Assembly (NCBI GenBank): GCA_028714635.1
Contig: JAQTLZ010000001.1
Location: 15,650-79,649, forward strand
From: Minisyncoccota bacterium
GTDB taxonomy: Bacteria; Patescibacteriota; Minisyncoccia; Phycocordibacterales; JAQTLZ01
Direction of reading: 5' to 3'
DNA: 64,000 nucleotides
Both the position numbers and the translations under genes were made by a program. Every line of letters starts with the position of its first letter. Position 1 is the stretch's first letter. The notes under the pieces were generated by a model. It had not been told where the DNA came from, did no database searches, and saw nothing but the letters and a program-made list of their open reading frames with translations. Positions 29,573 to 39,455 of this stretch are shown here, piece by piece.

Positions 29573-30148
29573 TTGTTTCCTCAACCGCGTTACCAGATTA
29601 TTTACGCCGATCCGCCCTGGCGCTACTCGAAGTTCCGTCATTGGCGCGTCATGGGCAAAGGCATCGCTGCCTATTACGAAACACTGACGACCTCGGAAAT
29701 CGCGGCACTGCCAGTTTCCAAAATTGCGGCCGGCGACTGCATCCTGTTTCTGTGGACGACGTTTCCGCGCTTGCCCGATGCTCTGGCCGTGATCGCGGCC
29801 TGGGGCTTCACGTACAAAACGGTGGGATTCACCTGGCTCAAACTCAATGCTCGGAACGGCAAACCGTTCTTCGGCATGGGCCACTACACCCGGAGCAATT
29901 GCGAAGTCTGCCTCATCGGCGTCAAAGGCAGGTCGCTGCGCGTGAGCAACCGCGTCTCGTCGGTGGTCTTTGCTCCCCGGCAGGAGCACAGTCGCAAGCC
30001 GGATGAAGTTCGGGAGCGGATTGTCACGCTCTGCGGCAACCGGCCCCGCATTGAACTGTTCGCCCGTGAACGGGTGTCCGGCTGGGATGCCTGGGGAGAC
30101 GAAGTGAAAAGCGACATTGAACTTGCGCCGCCATCGGAAGCGTCCTGA
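29573..30148 (+). CDS. MT-A70 family adenine methyltransferase
   Basis: IYADPPW, LFLWTT, HSRKP, IELFAR. Confidence 0.92.
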   Translation: MFPQPRYQIIYADPPWRYSKFRHWRVMGKGIAAYYETLTTSEIAALPVSKIAAGDCILFLWTTFPRLPDALAVIAAWGFTYKTVGFTWLKLNARNGKPFFGMGHYTRSNCEVCLIGVKGRSLRVSNRVSSVVFAPRQEHSRKPDEVRERIVTLCGNRPRIELFARERVSGWDAWGDEVKSDIELAPPSEAS

Positions 30149-30283
30149 TCGTTATGTCTCTTTTCTCCAACCCTAAATTTTGGTTCCTTACTCATAACGA
30201 GGGGAACGCATTTGTCGCTTTGTCGAAAGCGGAAGGGTTGGGGAAAAGGGAAGCTGGCGCTTCCATGGCCGTGCTTCATTACC

Positions 30284-30808
30284 ATGTATTATTTCATCGT
30301 CTCGAAGGGCCTCCTCGATGCCAAGCACCGCAGAAGGATGGGCGTTGCAGTTTGGGAATTTCTTTGGTGCTTGGACCGCGTGACTAAAATCAATGCAGAT
30401 GGCCTGGGCCTTGTCCTCGGCGGCAAGCCGGTCAACCTCTGCGATTTCACCGGCAGCCTGGGGACTTCAGAGGTCACAGTCAGCCGCAACCTGCAAAAAC
30501 TGGCCCGCTGGAATTATCTCACGCTCGTCCATGCGCCCTACGGCATCGTCATCCAGGTGCCAAAAGCCAAGAAGAGGTTTGTCAAAAATGCTAATCCACA
30601 CGGAATCCACAGGTTTAGCGGAAATGATCGGCCTGGATTTATCAAATCTGCTCAACCTCCCTTCAGAAATGATAAACCTGACTTCAGAAGTGATAAACCT
30701 AATAAGAGAAGTAAGGATGAGAATGAAGATGAGAAAGGGCTTATCGCCATGAATGCACTCATCGAGGAAAGAAAACTGGAGATTTCACGCCTCGTAAAAT
30801 CACTATGA
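30284..30808 (+). CDS. Phage/plasmid-like replication initiator (wHTH plus internal iterons)
   Basis: HTH-like LGTSEVTVSRNLQKL followed by tandem TTCAGAARTGATAAACCT repeats (FRNDKP, FRSDKP). Confidence 0.6.
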   Translation: MYYFIVSKGLLDAKHRRRMGVAVWEFLWCLDRVTKINADGLGLVLGGKPVNLCDFTGSLGTSEVTVSRNLQKLARWNYLTLVHAPYGIVIQVPKAKKRFVKNANPHGIHRFSGNDRPGFIKSAQPPFRNDKPDFRSDKPNKRSKDENEDEKGLIAMNALIEERKLEISRLVKSL

Positions 30809-31023
30809 CTGAAATTGAACAAATCCAAAATATTATGCTCGCCAAAGCCGTGTACGCCCTGAGCGAGATTCAGCGCACCGTTGGCCGGTTCAAAAACCAG
30901 AAACGCGCGCTCAACCGAATTGAAGCCGTAGCCAGCCGGTCCCTCCACGAGATTGACGTGCTCAAGGAGACGGTTGGCATGAAAATCAGGAACAGGGAAG
31001 GTCTCGGCACGATCAAATTCTGA
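30805..31023 (+). CDS. Small hypothetical protein
   Basis: ATGA overlap with the upstream gene; its tail is duplicated at 35651-35743 with reading frame and stop kept. Confidence 0.7.
   Translation: MTEIEQIQNIMLAKAVYALSEIQRTVGRFKNQKRALNRIEAVASRSLHEIDVLKETVGMKIRNREGLGTIKF
30931..31023 (+). repeat. 93-bp imperfect direct repeat, copy 1
   Basis: 83/93 identical to 35651-35743 by manual alignment. Confidence 0.92.
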
Positions 31024-31198
31024 CCTGTGGTTTTCTGGTTGTCGCTCAAGAGTCACACGAAGCATGTGCCTCACAACTTATTTGAAACCCCCATCCTCGC
31101 GTTCGCGAGAGCGGGGTTTCTTGTCCACATTGTCCCCCTTCCTTCACCGGTAGTGGATGCTGTATACTACATACTGATATTATTTCAATTCGAGAGGC

Positions 31199-34100
31199 AT
31201 GAAAACAATCCACGAGAAACTTCAGAACGGAAGCCAAGCCTACGCCGACTGGCACAACAAGCCGGCGCATCCGTATGTTCATGGAGCGATCTATGTAGCC
31301 GTCCTCTTTTTTGCTATTCAAGCGGTAGCTATCGACACGAATTCTCTTATTGACAGTTATTTTAGCTCAACATCTTTTGTTACAATTGCCGTCCGCTCGC
31401 TTGCCACTAATGTCAAAGCCCTGACAGACAAAGCGGTCTTCCTGGCTGAAGCGTTGCGTTCGTATCCGGAAAATCAAAGACCGGCGCTTTCCGCCGAACT
31501 TGAACAGACTCTCGCGAATCGCTTTGCCGCGCTCTCACGTCTTGCCGACAGCAACTCGCAGAGTTTCCTTTCCTCGATCTTTACGGCGGAACAGAGAGCG
31601 CTCATGCCCGCATCGGTTGCTTCCGCAATAGAGACGCCTGTCAATCCGAATGATACCTATACCTATCTGGTGAAGCATTCTGATGAAGGTCTTTGTGAAT
31701 CTCCGGCGCACTCCGACAATCCCAAAGCTCCTCCGCCTGCCGAAAAGCACTGCGATGCCCGCGGCATTTTCCAAGACCGCTTGAAAGGCAAAGACGGCAA
31801 CATTTTTGAAGCTCATTTTGGGGGCAAGAAACCGCGCCTCGGCGAACAAATCAAAATCAAGAAAGGCCAGAGAGTGGGCCAGCAGATTGTTGTATCGGCA
31901 GATGCCGATGCTACTGAAGTGGTTGCTCCGATAAAGGCGCAGTTGGGCGCAGGTGGCGCAGGCGCAGGCGGGTCAACCTCAAGCATGCCGACGACGGGTG
32001 TTAAAACCGTGCTCTACATGCTCGTCGGTTTTCCCGATGTCGTTGATACCACAGGATCAATTACGGGTACGGTAGGTGGAATACTTGCTCCGGGATTGCC
32101 GGGATCGTCTGGATCGTCACAGGTTAGCGAAGCTCAGGCTATGACTGACGCTCAATCAGAAATGGGAAAGGTGAATCAATTCCTGTCGGATAATTCCCAC
32201 GGTTTGACTTCATTTTCAACGGTCGTCACTCCGCTTCTTGTTTTGCCCAACACCTCAACTTATTATGCGAGCCATACATCCTTCCCATACGGTGATGACC
32301 TGATCCAGGCCGATGCCCGCGCTGCCGCCCTCGCCAAAGGGTATAACTATCTGGATTACACTCTTGATGCCGTCCGTTACAACGGCAGTTACGGCAATTT
32401 CGGCGGCGAAGCATACATTGGCAGCCGAGGCGTGTGGCTCAAGTCATCCCGCTTTACCGTGGCGGCTCATGAATTCGGCCACAACTATGGTCTTTTCCAC
32501 GCCAACACATGGGTTACTACTGATGGGACGACGCTTGGAGCTGGCGCGAATCAAGAGTATGGTGACTTATTCGACAGCATGAGCAGCAGTTCGTTGGGAG
32601 GATATTTCAACGCATTTGAAAAATATTGGTTGCAATGGCTTCCTCCTGCAAACACTACGTCAGTCACCACAAGTGGCACGTATGCTGTCAGTTCCTTCGA
32701 CCAGCCCGCTTTCAGTGCTGGACTCAAATATGCTCTCAAAATTACCAAAGATACCGATCGCGATTATTGGATCGGTTTTCGGCAGGGTTTCCCGGCAAAT
32801 ATCTGGGAGACGAATGGCGCTGAAGTGCTTTGGGATCCTTGGACAAATAGCAACGGCGGCAGCCAGCTTTTGGACACGAACCCTGGCGGTACGAATGGCT
32901 GGAATGACGCCGCACTTGTTGTTGGTCGCACTCTTGCGGATACCAGCGCAGGAATATATATAACACCGATACGTAAAAATCCGGCAAATGGGACAGTCCC
33001 CTCATCAATAGATGTGGTGGTAAATCTCGGCGCATTTTCCGGAAATGTCGCCCCAACCCTTTCTGTGGCGCCAAGCGCGACTTCCATTCCGATGTATCAG
33101 CCTGTTACTTTTACCCTGAACGCAAATGACGGGAACGGGGATGCTTTGGCATACTACTGCGATTTCGGAGACAAAACATTCAGCAACATGAGCGCTGGTG
33201 TTCTTTCTAAGGTATACGTTGCGCCCGGCACATTCACGGTTATGTGTGAAGTTTCCGACATGAAAGGCGGAAAAGCGACAGCGGCAACGAGTCTTACGGT
33301 AACGGCTGCTGCCCCTCTCAACAATATGTTCGCCAATGCTTTTGTTCTCACAGGCTCAGCAGCGAATGCGACCGGCGCGAATAATTACGCTACGAAGGAA
33401 TCCGGCGAACCGACTATCGCCAGCACGATCGGCGGCAAGTCGGTCTGGTGGACGTGGACCGCGCCCGCTTCAGGAGCGACCACCATCGCTCTCGCGGGAA
33501 GCAATTTTGATACGCTCCTCGGCGTCTATACCGGTACGGCAGTCAACGCTCTCACCCTCGTCGCTTCAAATGATGATAATGGAACTTCGCCTCGAAGCAG
33601 GGTTGTCTTTAATGCTACGGCGGGAACGACATACCACATTGCAGTAGATGGATATGGCGGGTCATGGGGAAACATTGCTCTTTCTGTGTCCGGGCCTTCC
33701 GCCACTGTCAATACAGCGCCGACTGTCGCCACTTCCGCCAGCGTTTCCCCAAGTCCTGTGACGGGAACCACCGCTACACTTTCTGCTCTTGGCACTGATG
33801 ATGGGGGAGAATCCGCACTCACCTATACTTGGGCTGTTACGGGCACACCTCCTGGTCCTGTCGTCTTTAGTACAAATGCAACCAATGCCGCAAAGATAAC
33901 CACTGCTACTTTCGACAAAGCCGGTACTTACAACCTCCAAGTTACTGTCAAAGATGCTGGTAATCTATCAGTCACAAGTTCTGTTACGGCAACAGTCAAT
34001 CAAACACTCTCCACTCTTTCTGTCACACCAGCTACGGCAACGGTTTTGACTTCCGGAACGCAACAATTTAGCGCGGTTGCAAAAGACCAGTTTGGAAATC

Positions 34101-35632
34101 TGCTCACCGTGGCGCCCGCCCTCACCTGGGCGGTTTCGGGCGGCGGATCGATCAATTCCGCCGGCCTCTTCACTGCTGGTTCCACCGCGGGCGGGTCGTT
34201 CACGGTCACGGCCACCAGTGGCGCGGTGTCGGGCACAGCCACAGTTACGGTAGGCGCCGTGCCAATTCTCACGACAATTTCCGTGTTCCCAAGCTCCACG
34301 CTGGTCGCGACTAACGGAACCAAGCAGTTTACCGCAACGGCCAAGGATCAGTTTGGTGTTGCGCTTTCACTTCAGCCAACATTCACTTGGAGCGTTACTG
34401 GCGGAGGTACTATTTCTTCCACCGGCCTTTTCACTGCGGGGTCCACTTCAGGCGGGCCTTACACTGTGGCGGCGTCAAGTGGTGGTGTCAGTGGCACGAC
34501 TACTCTCTCGGTCATCGTCATTCCGGTGCTAACGACAATTACCGTTTCTCCTTCCAATCCAACTGTTCAGCCGGGAGGAACCCAACAATTCACCGCGACT
34601 GGAAAAGATCAGAATGGCAGCACTCTCACGTCCCAACCGACATTCACCTGGAGCGTCTCGGGTGGTGGCACGATGAGCGCAAGTGGTCTCTTTACCGCAA
34701 GCGCCACCGCGAAGGGTTCGTACACGGTTACTGCGACAAGCGGCAGCGTTTCTGGAACTGCTTCCGTCAGTGTTCCTGCCGTCCTAAAATCCATCACTCT
34801 TTCTCCTTCCAGCGCTTCAGTGCAGACAAACGGAACACAGCAATTTACAGCCCAAGGTGTTGATCAGACCGGCGCATCCATGACCTTCGCCCCGGTTTGG
34901 ACGGTAAATGGGGGAGGCACGCTCTCTTCGAGCGGCCTCTTCACTGCCGGAGGCACAGCGGGTGGTCCATACACGGTGACCGTCACCAACAATCCTGTTA
35001 CCGCAACCGCCAGCGCTTCTGTCACAATCACCGCGCCAGCTCCTGTTCTCACATCGATCACTCTTTCTCCGATCTCCGCTTCGCTTGTTTCCGGAGCGAC
35101 ACAAACATTTACCGCTACCGCAAAAGATCAAAATGGAACTGCGATGTCTCCACAACCAAGTTTCACTTGGACAGCAACTGGCCAATCATCACTTGCACCG
35201 AGCGGTTCTACAGCGACCTACACAGCGGGCAACACGGCAGGCGCTTCCTTTGGAATAACAGCTTCTTCGGGAGGGAAAAGCGCCACCGCTCCTATTAGTA
35301 TCACGGTGCCTGTGACACCGTCTCCCCCGCCACCAACAGGGGGAGATGTCACTCCGCCTACGGTCAGCTTGAAACCTCCGCCTTCTAATGGTGACATCAT
35401 ACAGAGAAGTACAAGGACTCTTTGGGCCAACGCCTCTGACAATGCAAAAATTGCCAAAGTGGAATTCTACGCCAACACCACTTTGCTTTGCACTGTCAAA
35501 CGCTCCGCCAATTTTTACTGCAATTGGGATCCGACCGGTAGCAGCGTCACCTACAATCTCACGGCAAAAGCCTACGACACGTCGAATAATTCCGCCGTCT
35601 CTCCTGTGGTCACAGTGACGACAGTTCCCTAA
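31199..35632 (+). CDS. Large secreted or anchored zinc metalloprotease (M11 gametolysin-like) with PKD and Ig-like repeats
   Basis: HEFGHNYGLFH (HExxHxxGxxH), EYGD..DSM, and repeated ITVSP...QQFTATAKDQ...TWSVSGGG modules. Confidence 0.82.
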   Translation: MKTIHEKLQNGSQAYADWHNKPAHPYVHGAIYVAVLFFAIQAVAIDTNSLIDSYFSSTSFVTIAVRSLATNVKALTDKAVFLAEALRSYPENQRPALSAELEQTLANRFAALSRLADSNSQSFLSSIFTAEQRALMPASVASAIETPVNPNDTYTYLVKHSDEGLCESPAHSDNPKAPPPAEKHCDARGIFQDRLKGKDGNIFEAHFGGKKPRLGEQIKIKKGQRVGQQIVVSADADATEVVAPIKAQLGAGGAGAGGSTSSMPTTGVKTVLYMLVGFPDVVDTTGSITGTVGGILAPGLPGSSGSSQVSEAQAMTDAQSEMGKVNQFLSDNSHGLTSFSTVVTPLLVLPNTSTYYASHTSFPYGDDLIQADARAAALAKGYNYLDYTLDAVRYNGSYGNFGGEAYIGSRGVWLKSSRFTVAAHEFGHNYGLFHANTWVTTDGTTLGAGANQEYGDLFDSMSSSSLGGYFNAFEKYWLQWLPPANTTSVTTSGTYAVSSFDQPAFSAGLKYALKITKDTDRDYWIGFRQGFPANIWETNGAEVLWDPWTNSNGGSQLLDTNPGGTNGWNDAALVVGRTLADTSAGIYITPIRKNPANGTVPSSIDVVVNLGAFSGNVAPTLSVAPSATSIPMYQPVTFTLNANDGNGDALAYYCDFGDKTFSNMSAGVLSKVYVAPGTFTVMCEVSDMKGGKATAATSLTVTAAAPLNNMFANAFVLTGSAANATGANNYATKESGEPTIASTIGGKSVWWTWTAPASGATTIALAGSNFDTLLGVYTGTAVNALTLVASNDDNGTSPRSRVVFNATAGTTYHIAVDGYGGSWGNIALSVSGPSATVNTAPTVATSASVSPSPVTGTTATLSALGTDDGGESALTYTWAVTGTPPGPVVFSTNATNAAKITTATFDKAGTYNLQVTVKDAGNLSVTSSVTATVNQTLSTLSVTPATATVLTSGTQQFSAVAKDQFGNLLTVAPALTWAVSGGGSINSAGLFTAGSTAGGSFTVTATSGAVSGTATVTVGAVPILTTISVFPSSTLVATNGTKQFTATAKDQFGVALSLQPTFTWSVTGGGTISSTGLFTAGSTSGGPYTVAASSGGVSGTTTLSVIVIPVLTTITVSPSNPTVQPGGTQQFTATGKDQNGSTLTSQPTFTWSVSGGGTMSASGLFTASATAKGSYTVTATSGSVSGTASVSVPAVLKSITLSPSSASVQTNGTQQFTAQGVDQTGASMTFAPVWTVNGGGTLSSSGLFTAGGTAGGPYTVTVTNNPVTATASASVTITAPAPVLTSITLSPISASLVSGATQTFTATAKDQNGTAMSPQPSFTWTATGQSSLAPSGSTATYTAGNTAGASFGITASSGGKSATAPISITVPVTPSPPPPTGGDVTPPTVSLKPPPSNGDIIQRSTRTLWANASDNAKIAKVEFYANTTLLCTVKRSANFYCNWDPTGSSVTYNLTAKAYDTSNNSAVSPVVTVTTVP

Positions 35633-35650
35633 CAAGAAGCGCGCCCAAAA

Positions 35651-35743
35651 GCCAGCCAGTCGCTCCACGAGATTGGTGTTCTCAAGGAGACGGTGGGCAT
35701 GAAAATCAGGAACGGGGAAGGACTTGGCACGATCAAATTCTAA
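35651..35743 (+). repeat. 93-bp imperfect direct repeat, copy 2 (orphan gene tail)
   Basis: Encodes ASQSLHEIGVLKETVGMKIRNGEGLGTIKF*. Confidence 0.92.
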
Positions 35744-35890
35744 CGCTGGTTTTGCGGCCACCCGGCTGCCTCGAAAAGTGGCTGCCAGTGCCGGCGTGCC
35801 CGGCAGAAAAGTCAGAGAAAGTTTTCATTGCGGGGCTGGTGAACTTGCATATACTCGCCATCACCTAAGCAAGTCGGGGCAGACAACAAG

Positions 35891-36418
35891 GTGAAAGGAG
35901 GAGGGGTCATGCCGGAAGAAGTTCTCGGCGGGATGTGGGAAAGCATCAAGACAGAGTGGGAATCGGCCCGGCCACAGGTGACGGGGCATTGCACGCTCAT
36001 TGAAGATTTCCAAGCTTCGCCCACTCACTTTTACGGCCTCGTCGAAAAGGCAATTGAGCGCCGCAAGATTCCGGGTCTGCGCATGTCGCATGTCCTGCAT
36101 CGGGAAGGCTGGATCATGTCCGCGGCGCGCGAGTACCTGCGCGCCGAGCGCGGCAAGATTTCGTTTGAAATCTGCGGCGCGCCCTTCGGGACCGGGTTTT
36201 TCGTGTCGTGCCGCATGATCGTCATGCCGGAAAAGAATGGCATCTTCGCCCGGATTTGGAAGTTCCTGTTCAATCCCAACACCTTCTACCAAATGGACGT
36301 TGCCGCCATGTACCAATCGGCAATCGAATCAGCGGTGAAGGAAGCGAAGAACGAATTGACGCAGACGAAACTCTCCGTGCCGGGCCTGCGCACCAGCGCT
36401 GTTCCGGTGCTTGCGTGA
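35891..36418 (+). CDS. Hypothetical protein upstream of the coupling ATPase
   Basis: SD GGAGG before ATG 35909; ends 5 nt before the next gene. Confidence 0.7.
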   Translation: MKGGGVMPEEVLGGMWESIKTEWESARPQVTGHCTLIEDFQASPTHFYGLVEKAIERRKIPGLRMSHVLHREGWIMSAAREYLRAERGKISFEICGAPFGTGFFVSCRMIVMPEKNGIFARIWKFLFNPNTFYQMDVAAMYQSAIESAVKEAKNELTQTKLSVPGLRTSAVPVLA

Positions 36419-36423
36419 CGGCC

Positions 36424-39400
36424 ATGAGCGCAAACGAATACGCCCTGGCCCGGCCTCAAGCGCACGGCAGCACCGCCGATTTGGTCGCGAGCGAATTCTC
36501 CCGCTGGCTTGCCTTGGGGCAAGGCACGCGGGAATGGGATTTCCCTGTCTTTATCGAGCCGCCCTACAGTCCGATCATCGTCGCTCCCGCTGTTATCGAG
36601 GACGACGGCAGGCAGCCGACGATTCTCAGCGCTCTGGCGGATACCGTCGGCAACTGGCTGAGTCCGAAAAAGAGACCCGCGCCTAAAGCGAACACGGTCG
36701 TTGCCGGCGATCTCAATTGGCTGGCATTTCCCAATTGCAGCACGCCCGTTGAATTTCAAGCGCTCATTCCTCCGCACATCAGCATCCGCAAGGACAGCTT
36801 CGAGCAATTCTTAATGAGCGTCAGGTACTGCCACTTTCCGCTCTGTTTCGAATTGATCGGCCGCGCGGATTCGATCACGGTTCAACTGGTCGCGCAGCAA
36901 GATGACGTGGCGCACGTCGAACCGCAACTCGCGGCGCACTTTCCGGACATTGTCTTCGCTAAACGCACGGGGCATCTGGAAAAAGTCTGGCAGGAGACGG
37001 AAGGCGAGCATCGCTTTCTTTTTGGGTTCAGCCTGTTGCAGCCGTTTCTCCTGCCGCTCGAATCCTATCGGGGTTTTCCCGTCGATCCGCTCGTTGGCCT
37101 GGCTGGCGCACTTTCCGACATCCGCAAGGACGAGGCCGCCGTCTTCCAAGTGCTCTTTGAACCGGCGCGCAATCCGTGGCTTGAGACGCTGGCTCAAGTC
37201 GCCGAGTTCGCGCCGGAACTCAGCCCGCATATTCGCAAGAAGATTGCGTATCCGTTTTTTGCGGTGGTGGCGCGGCTGGCTTGCAAGGCCGCGAGTGAAG
37301 AGCGCTTGGTGCAATTGCTCAAGAATCTCGACGGCGCGATGCGCGTATTTTCAACCCCTGCTGGAAACGGATTGACCGTGCTTTCCAACAAGGGCTATTC
37401 GAGTGGCCGGCAGGAAATTGATCTGTTACTGCGACAAACGCACCGCAGCGGCATGTTGCTGAACAGCGACGAACTGCTGGGCCTTGCGCATTGGCCGACA
37501 CCCGCGGTGCGCACGCCGAAGCTGGACCGCGCCACGCGCAAGACAAGGCCGGCGCCCACGCTCTGCCTGAATCATGCGTTGACGCTCGGCACGAACAACC
37601 ACAACGGAGAAGACAGCACCGTGACGCTCGCGCCCGCGCAGCGCGTCAAGCACATGCACGTCGTCGGCGCGTCGGGCACCGGCAAGTCAACGTTTCTACT
37701 CAACCTCATCATCCAGGACATTGAAAACGGCGAGGGCGTCGGCGTGCTCGATCCGCATGGCGACCTTGTGGATGAAATTCTCGCCCACATTCCCGCAGAA
37801 CGCCACGACGATGTGGTCCTCGTCGATCCGTCCGATGAAGAATACCCGGTCGGTTTCAATATCCTTTCGGCGCACTCGAATCTCGAAAAGAACCTGCTGG
37901 CTTCGGACCTCGTTTCCGTTTTTCGCCGCCTGTCCACAAGCTGGGGCGATCAAATGACCTCAGTGCTCGGAAACGCCGTGCTCTCGTTTTTGGAAAGCAG
38001 CACTGGCGGCACGCTCTCCGATTTACGGCGGTTTCTGATTGAACCGGGCTTCCGCGCGGAATTTCTTGAAACGGTGCGTGACGAGGAAGTCGTGTATTTC
38101 TGGAAGAAGGAATTTCCGCTCCTCTCCGGCAAGCCGCAAGCATCGCTGTTGACCCGGCTCGATTCCTTCCTGCGCCCCAAGCCGATTCGCCACATGGTTT
38201 GCCAGAAGGAGAACAAGCTCGACTTCGCGAGCATCATGGATTCCAAGAAAATCTTTTTGGCGAAACTCTCGCAAGGATTGATCGGGCAGGAAAACTCATA
38301 CCTGCTTGGCTCGCTGTTCGTCTCGAAATTCCATCAACTTGTCATGGGCCGTCAGGAAGTGCGCCAGTCCGAACGTGAAAACTTCTGGCTCTACCTCGAC
38401 GAATTTCAGAATTTCGTCACCCCGTCGATGGCGGCGATTCTCTCCGGCGCGCGTAAATACCGCCTCGGCCTTATTCTCTCGCACCAGGACATGCACCAAC
38501 TGGTGAGCCGCGATCCCGATGTGGCAAATGCCGTCCTTGCCAACGCCTTTACGCGCGTCTGTTTCCGGCTCGGCGACTCCGACGCGCGGCGCATGACCGA
38601 AGGCTTCTCGAATTTCGATGCTCACGATTTGCAGAGCTTGGGCACCGGCGATGCAATCTGCCGCATTGAGCGTTCCGCCTTCGATTTCAACATGTATACC
38701 GCATTGCCGGAACTCGTTGACGAAGAACTCGCCGAAGAACGGCGGCGGCGCATTCGGGAATTTTCGCGCGCCAAGCACAGCAAGAGGCGGACGGAGCTTG
38801 AGCCGCCGCGAGGCCAGACTCCGGCAGCGCCAGCATTCCCCAAAGCCGAAGATACCACTCCCACGCCAGCGGCGCCGAGGCCCGAACCCGCGCCGCTCCA
38901 AATCGCCAAGTCCACTCCAGGCAAAGGCGGCCACGAGCACAAAGTTTTTCAGCAAGTGCTTTGCGATTGGGCTGGCGATCTCGGCTTTACGGCTGCAATC
39001 GAACAGGAACTTCCGAGCGGACAGGGCAGTGTCGATGTCGAAATCGAAACCGGCTCCGAATCCATCGCCTGCGAAATTTCCGTCACAACCAGTATTGCCG
39101 ATGAACTGAGCAATCTCACGAAATGCCTGACGGCCGGCTACGATCACCTGCTGATGATCTGCACCGATCGCGGCAAACTCGACGCCTTGAAACGCAGTGC
39201 CGCTGCCAAGTTTCCTGCTGACGCGCTTGAGCGGGTCCAGTTTGTGACGCCAACCGAAGCGTTCCAATTCCTGCATAGCTTGATCGACGGCGTCTCAATC
39301 ACGGCGAAAGGCGCGCTGTCAAGTTACGGATGCGACGTGCGCGTAAATTACCCGCCCGCCGCGAGCGCACCTTCCAGCAAGAAAGGCGGCGTGGCGCAAG

Positions 39401-39444
39401 CCGTCAGGAATGCCACCAAGCGTCTTCGCGACGGAAGAAAATAG
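36424..39444 (+). CDS. VirD4/TraG-like (HerA-FtsK fold) ATPase with extra C-terminal domain
   Basis: Walker A GASGTGKS, LDPHGDL, Walker B LYLDEFQNF, ARKYRL...HQ. Confidence 0.88.
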   Translation: MSANEYALARPQAHGSTADLVASEFSRWLALGQGTREWDFPVFIEPPYSPIIVAPAVIEDDGRQPTILSALADTVGNWLSPKKRPAPKANTVVAGDLNWLAFPNCSTPVEFQALIPPHISIRKDSFEQFLMSVRYCHFPLCFELIGRADSITVQLVAQQDDVAHVEPQLAAHFPDIVFAKRTGHLEKVWQETEGEHRFLFGFSLLQPFLLPLESYRGFPVDPLVGLAGALSDIRKDEAAVFQVLFEPARNPWLETLAQVAEFAPELSPHIRKKIAYPFFAVVARLACKAASEERLVQLLKNLDGAMRVFSTPAGNGLTVLSNKGYSSGRQEIDLLLRQTHRSGMLLNSDELLGLAHWPTPAVRTPKLDRATRKTRPAPTLCLNHALTLGTNNHNGEDSTVTLAPAQRVKHMHVVGASGTGKSTFLLNLIIQDIENGEGVGVLDPHGDLVDEILAHIPAERHDDVVLVDPSDEEYPVGFNILSAHSNLEKNLLASDLVSVFRRLSTSWGDQMTSVLGNAVLSFLESSTGGTLSDLRRFLIEPGFRAEFLETVRDEEVVYFWKKEFPLLSGKPQASLLTRLDSFLRPKPIRHMVCQKENKLDFASIMDSKKIFLAKLSQGLIGQENSYLLGSLFVSKFHQLVMGRQEVRQSERENFWLYLDEFQNFVTPSMAAILSGARKYRLGLILSHQDMHQLVSRDPDVANAVLANAFTRVCFRLGDSDARRMTEGFSNFDAHDLQSLGTGDAICRIERSAFDFNMYTALPELVDEELAEERRRRIREFSRAKHSKRRTELEPPRGQTPAAPAFPKAEDTTPTPAAPRPEPAPLQIAKSTPGKGGHEHKVFQQVLCDWAGDLGFTAAIEQELPSGQGSVDVEIETGSESIACEISVTTSIADELSNLTKCLTAGYDHLLMICTDRGKLDALKRSAAAKFPADALERVQFVTPTEAFQFLHSLIDGVSITAKGALSSYGCDVRVNYPPAASAPSSKKGGVAQAVRNATKRLRDGRK

Positions 39445-39455
39445 GTGGTTGCCGC

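Noticed and set aside
30931-35743. 93-bp repeat pair as a diversity-generating retroelement TR/VR
   Set aside because: Mismatches are not adenine-specific and no reverse transcriptase is in the window.
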